Below are positions 19,153-29,100 of a DNA stretch of 64,000 nucleotides, one piece after another. Origin of the DNA: Candidatus Omnitrophota bacterium (lineage in GTDB: Bacteria > Omnitrophota > Gorgyraeia > Zapsychrales > Zapsychraceae); NCBI GenBank assembly GCA_029261055.1, contig JAJDCA010000038.1, positions 9,619 through 73,618 on the forward strand. Direction: 5' to 3'. The position numbers were made by a program, and so were the translations under genes. Under the pieces are notes generated by a model that saw nothing but the letters and a program-made list of their open reading frames with translations, ran no database searches and was not told where the DNA came from. Position 1 is the first letter of the stretch, and the number at the start of each line of letters is the position of its first letter.

Positions 19153-19202
19153 GTAGCCAAAACTTCCTAACCGTATTAAAATGCGCCCTCGAAAGGACAT
19201 TC

Positions 19203-20621
19203 ATGAAAAAAAATCTAAGCCTTTTTTTAGGGCTACTCATCCCAACTTTAATACTGTTCACCCCACTGGAAAGCATTCCGATCCATGCCATCACCATCGT
19301 TGAACAAAGATTGCTCGCTATATTTGCTTTTGCGATCATTTTCTGGGTCTTTGAACCCATCCCTATTTTTGCAACATCTGTTGCTATTATCTTCCTTGAA
19401 TTAATCCTACTTTCCGACAAAGGGTTAATCTGGTTCCGCAGCGCTGTTGGCACCGAAAATTTTGGAACACTCATTCCGTATAAAGATATTTTTCATACGT
19501 TTTCCTCGCCGATCATATTACTATTTTTAGGAGGATTCTTTCTAGCCGCTGCAGCGACCAAATATCGACTGGATATCAACCTCGCCCGTGTCATGCTAAA
19601 ACCTTTCGGTAAAAAGCCGTCGATGGTAATGCTGGGGGTTATGTTGATCACCGCCGTATTTTCCATGTTTATGAGCAATACAGCGACTACGGCTATGATG
19701 CTCGCCATCCTCGCCCCTGTCTTAGCTGTATTTGATAAAAACGATCCAGCGCGAACAGGTATTGCGCTTTCTGTTCCGTTTGCTGCTAACATCGGAGGAC
19801 TCGGCACCCCTATCGGCACACCGCCGAATGCCGTGGCCATGAAATATTTAACAGACGATATGGCCGTTTCTTTTGGTGGATGGATGGCCTTTGCCGTTCC
19901 TTATGTTATTGTTCTCCTCTTCGCCACCTGGATCATCTTAAATGTATTCTTCCGTGCGGACACCAAAGAAGTTACATTGCAAATCAAAGGGCGCTTTATG
20001 AAAACACCTCAAGCGATTACCGTTTACATAACATTTACCGCCACCATTCTTCTCTGGTTATTCGGCAGCAAAATTGGTTTAAATTCCTACATCGTCGCTA
20101 TGTTTCCCGTAGCCATATTCACAGCCGGCCAAATTATAACCGCCTCCGATATGAAAAAAATGTCCTGGGATGTGCTTTGGTTGGTTTCCGGTGGTATCGC
20201 TCTTGGCGTAGGACTTTCGAAAACAGGCTTGAGCCATCATTTTATTGAAAGCATTCCATTCGGTCAATTTCCGCCGCAAATGATTGTATTTCTAGGCGTA
20301 CTCATTTCTATCCTTATGGCCACGTTTATGTCCAACACAGCCACGGCTAACCTTATTTTACCTATTATTGCCGCGCTTGGAACAACGCTCATAACCCTGG
20401 GAGAACTAGGCGGCGCTAAGATGCTTATTATTGCCTGCACCTTTGGCTGCTCGCTGGCTATGGCCCTTCCGGTCAGTACACCGCCTAACGCGATGGCGTA
20501 TGCCACCGGACTTTTCCGTACAGGCCATATGCTCAAAGCCGGTGTTGTTGTAAATATTCTAGGATTTGTGATGATCTTCATTATGCTATTTGTCATGAAC
20601 CAATTACACCTTTTTGGATAA
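19203..20621 (+). CDS. DASS/SLC13-family anion:sodium symporter
   Basis: Duplicated SNTAT motifs (FMSNTATTAMM and FMSNTATANLI). Confidence 0.75.
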   Translation: MKKNLSLFLGLLIPTLILFTPLESIPIHAITIVEQRLLAIFAFAIIFWVFEPIPIFATSVAIIFLELILLSDKGLIWFRSAVGTENFGTLIPYKDIFHTFSSPIILLFLGGFFLAAAATKYRLDINLARVMLKPFGKKPSMVMLGVMLITAVFSMFMSNTATTAMMLAILAPVLAVFDKNDPARTGIALSVPFAANIGGLGTPIGTPPNAVAMKYLTDDMAVSFGGWMAFAVPYVIVLLFATWIILNVFFRADTKEVTLQIKGRFMKTPQAITVYITFTATILLWLFGSKIGLNSYIVAMFPVAIFTAGQIITASDMKKMSWDVLWLVSGGIALGVGLSKTGLSHHFIESIPFGQFPPQMIVFLGVLISILMATFMSNTATANLILPIIAALGTTLITLGELGGAKMLIIACTFGCSLAMALPVSTPPNAMAYATGLFRTGHMLKAGVVVNILGFVMIFIMLFVMNQLHLFG

Positions 20622-21936
20622 TATTCTTATGGACGATTTAAGACAAAAATATTTTGACGACCCCGAAAAAGTTCTTCATCTCAATAAAGGAGATTTTCTT
20701 TTAAAAAAAGGTGACACCAATCACCGTATCTTCCTCCTCGAAACAGGAACGGTAACCGGGTTTGACCCTGATGATCAAACAGCCATCTTTCGTGCCGTCA
20801 GTGGTGATTTTGTCGGACTAAACAGTTTCTTTTCAACTTCATCCATAGTTCAAATGAATCTTATGGCCGTGGAGAATAGCACTCTATACTATTTTGAAAA
20901 AGAAATTTATGTAGCAAGCGATAATGAAGGCCTTTACATCACGTACGACTTCATGCCCTATGTCATGAAATTATTAATACGGCGTCAAAAACAGATGCAA
21001 GAAGCTAACCGTGAACGGCAAAATGCTTTAAAGCAAATGAAAGACGTTGAACGTCTCGCCTCCCTCGGTCAGCTTTCAGCAGGCGTCGCGCATGAATTGA
21101 ATAATGCGATCACGGTTATTGTCCGCGGTAGTGAACAGATTGCCCATGAAGTTTTACAACAACTCAGCCAAAACCCACTTGAAAGAAATATGGTCACCTC
21201 AAGCCTTTCCAAAGGACGTGTAATTTCTAGTGCACAGGCGCGTAAGATAGCCAAAGAATTGGCCCGAACATCTGATTGTCCTTATGACATCTTACGCGAC
21301 TATGCCCGAACAGGCCTGGCTAAAGAACTACTTCAGCAAGATACCGCCACGGCCCAACGCGCGCTTGAATTATGGAATTTGGGGGCCACCCTGCATGACG
21401 TGCAGGTGGCTGTCAAACAGTCTGAACATGTGGTGAACTCGATGCGAAGCCTCGCTTCCACAAATGTCGTCCGTCAAAACAATTGCGACATCAATGAAAG
21501 CATACAAAAAGCCATTTTCCTTTTATCCTCCCCGCTCAACAGCGTCAAATTATCATTAGAACTCAATGATATCATTCCTGTGTTTGGCAATTCCGGGGAA
21601 CTTGTCCAGGTATGGACGAATTTAATTAAAAATGCGATTGATGTAATGAACACCATGCCTCAAGAGGAAAGCCATCTTAGTGTCCGAAGTGAAATGACTG
21701 ATGAAAAAGTAAAAATCACCGTCACCGATAGTGGACCCGGCATACCAGATGAAATGATCAACGAAGTATTTAAACCGCATGTGACCACTAAAAAAATAGG
21801 TCAGACATTTGGCTTAGGATTAGGTCTGACCATTGTTCAAAAAATTATTAACCGTTATTCAGGTGAACTTTTGGTAAACAGCTCCCCTCAAGGAACAACG
21901 TTTACCGTCCTGATCCCTATTGGAGAACCTTTATGA
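20614..21936 (+). CDS. Cytoplasmic sensor histidine kinase with an N-terminal cNMP-binding-like domain
   Basis: H-box LSAGVAHELNNAI, N-box NLIKNAIDV, G2 box GLGLGLTIV. The N-terminal roughly 110 aa resemble a Crp-type cNMP-binding fold. There are no TM segments. Confidence 0.75.
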   Translation: MDNILMDDLRQKYFDDPEKVLHLNKGDFLLKKGDTNHRIFLLETGTVTGFDPDDQTAIFRAVSGDFVGLNSFFSTSSIVQMNLMAVENSTLYYFEKEIYVASDNEGLYITYDFMPYVMKLLIRRQKQMQEANRERQNALKQMKDVERLASLGQLSAGVAHELNNAITVIVRGSEQIAHEVLQQLSQNPLERNMVTSSLSKGRVISSAQARKIAKELARTSDCPYDILRDYARTGLAKELLQQDTATAQRALELWNLGATLHDVQVAVKQSEHVVNSMRSLASTNVVRQNNCDINESIQKAIFLLSSPLNSVKLSLELNDIIPVFGNSGELVQVWTNLIKNAIDVMNTMPQEESHLSVRSEMTDEKVKITVTDSGPGIPDEMINEVFKPHVTTKKIGQTFGLGLGLTIVQKIINRYSGELLVNSSPQGTTFTVLIPIGEPL

Positions 21937-22412
21937 AAAAATCCCATATTATCTTTATTGATGACCAAATAGATGTTTTATCTTCTTTACGCAATGACCT
22001 GAAAATCTTTGGAGAGAAATTTATCCTGGATGATTGTGAGTCTGCCGATGAAGCGATGGAATTATTGGAAGAATTTGAATCTTCGGGAGAGCCTGTGGCT
22101 TTAATTTTATCCGATCACATCATGCCAAACCGTAATGGTATTGATTTCCTGACAGAAATCTCCAAAGACGACCGCTTTGAAAAAATCCGACGTGTCCTTA
22201 TCACCGGCCAGGCCAGCCACGCCGACACCATCAATGCCATCAACAATGCCTCTATTGATTATTACATCAACAAACCCTGGACCGTCGAACTACTCCATAA
22301 AATTGCCAAAACGCTCCTAACCCACTGGATCCTGGACAATGACCTAAACCACCAAGACTTCGCAGGCCTCGTTGATACCGACGTCCTCTTCAAGCGCGCT
22401 CATAGCGCATAA
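21933..22412 (+). CDS. Single-domain response regulator (REC)
   Basis: IFIDDQ, the phospho-acceptor context ILSDHIMP, and YINKPW (Lys). It overlaps the kinase gene by 4 nt. Confidence 0.75.
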   Translation: MKKSHIIFIDDQIDVLSSLRNDLKIFGEKFILDDCESADEAMELLEEFESSGEPVALILSDHIMPNRNGIDFLTEISKDDRFEKIRRVLITGQASHADTINAINNASIDYYINKPWTVELLHKIAKTLLTHWILDNDLNHQDFAGLVDTDVLFKRAHSA

Positions 22413-22522
22413 ATTTTAAAACAAAATTTTCTATTTATTAGAAGCATAAGAACACCTTGCATCATTCAATTAAATAATGTATAGTTTAAGTAGACATATT
22501 AAAAAATTCAAAGGAGGACCTT

Positions 22523-22765
22523 ATGCAAGCATCAATTGTGGACCTGCGCTATAAAATGAATGACATCCTTAAAGCCCTTAATCGTAATGAATCGATAACA
22601 ATCCTTTATCATGGCAAAAAAAAAGGCCTTATCGTGCCCACTACGAAAAAACCTGCTCAACATGTGACAGATCATCCTTTTTTTGGTATGCATAAAACGT
22701 CTGTCAAAGAAAGCGTGCCCCAAACCATAAAAAATCTTCGTAAAGGGCGTTATCATGATCTTTGA
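22523..22765 (+). CDS. vapB: VapB-like antitoxin
   Basis: 80-aa ORF overlapping the downstream PIN-domain gene by 11 nt. Confidence 0.5.
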   Translation: MQASIVDLRYKMNDILKALNRNESITILYHGKKKGLIVPTTKKPAQHVTDHPFFGMHKTSVKESVPQTIKNLRKGRYHDL

Positions 22766-23132
22766 TACAGATATCCTTATTTGGGTTCAACGCGGAAACC
22801 TGAAAGCTGCCAAACTTATTGAAAAATCTTCTAAACGTATTATTTCTATCTTCACCTACATGGAACTTCTACAACATGCCACTTCCAAAAAACAGCATCA
22901 ATACACTAAATCTTTTTTAACGGATTACAATTTTGAAGTTCTGCCTCTTACAGAAAATATTGGTCACCGCGCACTTATCTACCTCGAAGAATATGGATTA
23001 AGCACAGGACTGTCTGCAGCTGATGCCATTATTGCGGCGACGGCCGTTGAAAGTAACCTTGCTTTAGTAAGCGGCAATCAAAAACATTTTAAGGTAATTC
23101 GCGACCTGTCCTTACAAATCTTTAAACCTTAA
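22755..23132 (+). CDS. vapC: PIN-domain toxin VapC
   Basis: MIFDTDILIW, DAIIAATAV and NQKHF carry the PIN acidic residues. Confidence 0.75.
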   Translation: MIFDTDILIWVQRGNLKAAKLIEKSSKRIISIFTYMELLQHATSKKQHQYTKSFLTDYNFEVLPLTENIGHRALIYLEEYGLSTGLSAADAIIAATAVESNLALVSGNQKHFKVIRDLSLQIFKP

Positions 23133-26100
23133 ACGATTTCAGATTTTCATTTGGATCACGAGCGAGGATGTCATGTTGTGCATTAAGCCAAGCCTCTTCG
23201 TTTGGCAAATCTGATTCGCCTAACCCAAGCAACTGCACAACCGGCACAAACGTCACCCCGCGCAAAATCGGCACAAACCCTTTCACCCGCATACTCAAAT
23301 CCGCCGGCTGCATATCAAATGGCAACGGCACGCCGCGCCCATCCCGCCTAACCTGTAAATCCAACATCGCCGCATCCAAATTAATCCCACCGAGAGCATC
23401 TATCTGCGCGTCCCCTCCCTGAAAAACATCCACACCTTCAGATAACATGGCAATATCACCTTTTTTAAAACGAAAAAAGCCTTTCTTGAAATAAGAAGAG
23501 TCTTTATATTCTTCAATTTCCATCCCCTCGCTAGAATTAATAAACAATTTAACCCCGTCTACAATATTCCACAAAAAATCCTCCCCTAAATATTCCAGCT
23601 CCTCCCCTAAAACGACATAGTTGGGATAATTAAAAACCCCTTCATATTTTTCACGAACACCTTCGATAAACATAAAAAATTTCAATCCAAGAGCCTTTTG
23701 TCTATTCTCATCAGATCTTTTTTCGGCCTTACTTTTTAACTTCAAAGAAGAAAAGAAGTCCTTTAAAGAAGGTAAAATCCCTATCATTTTCCCTGGATAT
23801 CTATTTTGAAATTTTTTAATAGCCCCCAAAATATCTCCATCCTCTAAATTACGGACAATTCCCTTAAGCATGATTCTATCCCTATCTTTTTCGTCACCTG
23901 TATCCTGTTTTATATTCTCATCCTTAGCAAACCGTACAGCAAATTGTTTTTTCCTCGAAATAATAATCGTCCTTTCTTTACGCCCGTTATATTCTTCAAA
24001 TTTAAGCTTATATTCGTTCCGATTCTTCTGATCTTGAATGATACGAACCTTTATATTTTTTTTGCTCTTGATATCATAAAATACTGTTCCATAGTACAGC
24101 CCTGTTATCCAGTCATCCTTGTGAGTTAAATTTCTAAGAAGAAAATTCTCAGCCTCATTAGTATGCTTCCCATTCATGTCTTTATTACTAACACTCTGAT
24201 ACGCATCAACAATAAATTTTCTATCTTCATTTCCCACCTGTTCATCTGTCACTTCCCCCATCATCGCAAAATCCGCCTCGCCTACTATGACGTCCAGCAT
24301 ACGGATGATGCGGTCGTAGATACTTTCCTCATAAAAATTTAAATCAGAATCTTGATCAGAATCGTAGAAATCATACTTTTTAATAATCGTCGTTAATTCT
24401 CCACCTCTAATATCCTCAATCAATTTCGACATTTGACCAACCTTACGCTGACCATTCGTCCTCATATCACTTACAAAACCTTGCCAGGATTGCCTTTCCT
24501 TTTTCCAGTATTCCTCGTCTTTTTCCAGATCACTATTCCATCCTGACCCTGATGACACCTGATATAAAGGAAAGAACCTCTCAAAATACTCGCTATCCCA
24601 CTGAGCCAGCTGATTGCCGTAATTAGCTAAATTTCTTTCCATTTCATCAACAACCATCTTTTGACCTTTAAATGTCATCTCAATAATAGTCGTCAATTCC
24701 AAGAAAATACGCCTTTCCGACAAATGTGCCGTCTTAAGTGATTCAATTAACCGTGACTTTTTCTTCTTATCAAGTACATTTATAATAATGTTCCTTAAAA
24801 AGTCTTTACCCGAATTATCTAAGCCATAGTGGTAAATATTTTTTTGTTGCAAATGATCTTCTGAAATACTTTTACCAAAAGTACCATCATCCTGAATCCT
24901 ACGGATAAAATTCGCCGTATCCTGAAACAAATCAGGATCGCTTGTTTTTATTTTCTTTAAATACGCATTAACTCTATTTTCCAACTTCTTTTTCAAGTGC
25001 GTAACGGCATTAAATATACTTGCGGTCTTCTCCTGATCACGCCCGTGATCCACATACCCAAAACTTAAATAATACCCAACACCTTCATCAAACAACACAT
25101 CCTTCCCCATCAAACGCTGCACTTCATGAACAATTTCTTCAGGAGTTGTTATTCCTGATAAAATAAAATTAGAATCGATTATCTTCCCAACAGCTTCATC
25201 GATTTCCATAAACATCGCCACATCACCCTCATTTTCTTCACTCTTCCCTAAAACCCCCTGTACTTTTTGCGTTAATTCATCGATGCTAGTAATACTAACA
25301 ACATCTTTAACATTATTATGCAGCTCCATAATCGCCTCTTTTAGATAAGGATGCGCTAAAACAAAAACTGGAATATTGCGACCTATATCATCTGCATTTA
25401 ACCACTCTAAAAAAACATCTGAAGTATAATATGCAGGCACATTTTCATCAAACACACCCTCATCAAACACTTCTCCTGCGATCACTAAATCTATTTTTGT
25501 ATCCTCATCTTTAATCACGTCACGCGCCTGTTGTTGCGTTGTGATAAAAATAAGTTCATATCCTTTATCGGACAAAGCATTTTTAATCATTTCTTGATTT
25601 TTTTCCGATTTCTCCATCACAGCAATCACCGGAAGCCCCGTCTTTTTTTTCTCCTTAACAGTTTTCATATTGCCTGTAGTCTGTGAGTTCCCATTGTTCA
25701 AAGAATTTTTAATCTTGCCAAACTTCACTTCAAAAGGCCATTCTGAATTGATAATAATCTTTGTTATTTCACGAGGCTTCTGCCCTTCACTTTTTTTTAT
25801 TTCTTCAAACGTAATATGATACGTTATATCATTCTTTGAACGAATGACTTTAATATCCGCGTCTTTATGAGTTTTGGTATCCATAAATTTATCGACATCA
25901 TCCCTCTCAATTTTAACCTCACTTAAATTATTAACTAAAAACACATCCGCCTCATTGTGATTTCTTGAATTAATCCTGGCATCAACTACATTCAATATTT
26001 TCTGAATACCCGCCTTTTCCTCCAAAGATAACTCAGCATCACGTGCTTCCCCCATCATCGCATAATCCTGAAGAACCTTAAGAACGATCTTGGCCTCTGG

Positions 26101-29100
26101 CATGTCTAAATTTTTAAGAATGCGCCTTTTTGTATTTTCATCGATAATCATAAACTCATCATGACTTTGACCCGTAATCGCTTCATTAAACTTATTGCGA
26201 ATAAGCACTTCATTTTCTACACGATTACGTCCTAAATCAGCAATATTACCAAGCAAATGTATCCTTTGTTCTTGCTGTTCAAGAACATGCTCGATCATTT
26301 TTCGTGCTCGCTGTTGATATTTCTGAATAATTTTTTCCGGTAATTTAAGGTCATAACTATCTGATCCATCTGGTTGACTAAACAACCATGTTATTTTCTT
26401 ATTTTTCATATCTTTTAAAAAATAAATGGTCTTATTTAATGGAGGCACAATCAAACTACTTAACCACTTGCCTTTATATGGAATAAGACTACTATTTTTA
26501 TCAATATCCACATTAACATATTCTTTCGGCATAGAAATTTCTAAAATTCCGTAATACAAAATAGTTTCATGAATTTCCGACAAAGATACTTTTGAAGTAA
26601 CCATATTATGAATTTTCATAAAACTCAAATTAATCTCCTGTTGCTTGCTTTGATCAAACAGATCAGTTAATTTTTCATAAACTGTATTTGAATCTATATG
26701 CTCATTGATAATACCTAACGCTTGTCGATACACATCACTCATGAGACTTTCTAAAACATCGGGAAAAAATAATTGATTCACTGCATCCATCTCCTGTTCC
26801 ATTTTTTCCATAAATTCAATTAATTCCGGCGTAGACTCTTCATCATATCGTAGTTCCTCAATATCTTCTATTTTTCTGGAAATACTCGCCCCTCTTGTAT
26901 ACCCCGCAATTTTCCATTTTCTAAATACTTCCATCCCAGCTAATTTATTCGAAAGTTTTTCATTTTTCTGTTCTATTCTTTTAAGCTCTTCCGAAACATC
27001 ATCCAAAGTTAAATTTCTCTGCATGTCATTAATCATCGCATCATCCACAATCTGTTCTATAATTTCACTACCCTCAACAATAAGATAATATTTATCAGAA
27101 TTATCTGGTTTGTAGAACTTCTTTCGTGGTGATTCATTATTAACGAGCGTCTTAATTTCGCTCCTCTGTCCCTCAAGCTCTAACGGTAAAAAATGAATAA
27201 ATCCTCCTTTAAGAATAATGACATCATTTTCTTCCTCAGTTAAAAAATCCAAGTCTTCGTAAGCTATCTCCGTCACCCTTGCATCAAGGTTAGGTTCAAT
27301 TTCTTCTTTTATGTCCTGTAATATGTTTGTTCGTGTTAATCGTGAAGGAGGATTTCTCTTTTCTTTGCTTGATAATCCTCGCCTCTCTAGCAGCCTTTGA
27401 TAAGCCAGTGCATTACTACTGAAAAGACCTTTGTTCTTCTCTAGCGCATTTTCAATAATTTTAATCCATTCCTCCACTTCATTATGATCTTTAGCCCAAG
27501 ATTTACCTGGGGGTATTTTTTTTATTGCCTTAAACGCTGCCAAAATCCCCATCTCCGTTAACTCTTCCGAGATCATCTGAACACTTTCCGCTTGAAAATC
27601 CTGATTCTTCTTATCCAAACGATTACGAACATCGCTATCTAAATCAATAATTACAAAAGGGGCTTGGAACTCATCGTACGTATCCCAGACATAACCCACG
27701 CGATTCACATAAGGCTTTAGCCACTCAAACAACTTCTCCTTGTCCCACACCCCCCACTCAACCGATCCACCCTGATCAACGATTAGCACACGCCTATTAT
27801 TAACCAATATTTTATCTAATTCTCCCTTTTCTATAGGCAATATGCCGCGTACGTTGACGGATGCCTCCACTCCTTCACGCTCAATTTCTTCTTTGACATA
27901 AAGAGGGTTTGAAGGAAACAATTCCACAATTGTGTTTAAATCAACATAATTAGCTCCTGTAAACCACGAAAAATTATCTGCCACTCTAATATTATTAAAC
28001 AAATCCTCACGGGATAAGGGCAATGAAGGATCTAAAGAAAATTCAAAAACTTCTTCATTTAATAAATTAACCTTATTTAAACGCACTTCACGCTTAACAT
28101 ACTCATAACTCAAATCATCATCACCGCCTAATCCAAGCTCGTTCACTGACCCACTATCACCCAAAGGTAACTCTCTGATTTCACCCTGCCGTTTTTGTAC
28201 AAAAGAAGATACAGCTTTATTTCCAAAAACCCCGTCAAAAAACTCATCTACACGATGCCATAGAATGTCATCTTCCCTTAACCTTTCACTAAGACTCGTC
28301 TTGGCCAACATCCCTAAAATTCTTATCCCTGCAATTAAATTTGGAACCTTATCGCTATGATGCAAAAGATAATTAATCAACACGGGATTAAGAACCTCAT
28401 GCCCAAGATCATATTTTGCCACCATACGCGCCAATGCCCCTAACGCCGAAAGCAACCTTCTCTCATCTTCCGGCTGTGCTTCGGGCAAAGTAGACACATA
28501 ATATGCACGCAAAAATATATCCCCCAAAAACTCTTTGATCTCTATCGTTAAATCATGATTTTCAATACTTTCCCAAAACCCGGGCACATTCAAAAAGCCT
28601 TCCAGCACTTTCCTGCGTAAAGGATGTGCAGATTGCTCATATTTTTGCCATGACATTCTTCCTACCTTATTAGCCTCAAATTCTATTGAGTCAGTATTTC
28701 CTCGGTTTATTTTTTCTTTCAAATGAGTGTTAATATCCCTAAAAATAGCCTCCACATTCAACATCGCAGAATCCTGTTCCCTCCCTGCTAAATTAAAAAT
28801 ATCCAGGTGTCGTGACGTAGCCGCCTCTTCCCCCAAACTCGCCAAATCAACTGTGGCGCTCATGGCGCTTTCAGAAATAAATATGGTTGCGACGTCGTTG
28901 ATCTGTATATCGGTTGGGTCGAGTGTGGTGAGCATGGCAAGACTGATTTCTATCCCGCCGGAGAAGTATTTGCGGGGGATGATTTGGTCGGTCGCGGCGT
29001 CGTAGTCCTCTTTGATGTAATCGTAAACACCTTTGCGGAATGAATCGAGATATTGGTCGTAGATTTTTTGTGTCATTTGTTTATCTTCGGTGTCGATGCC

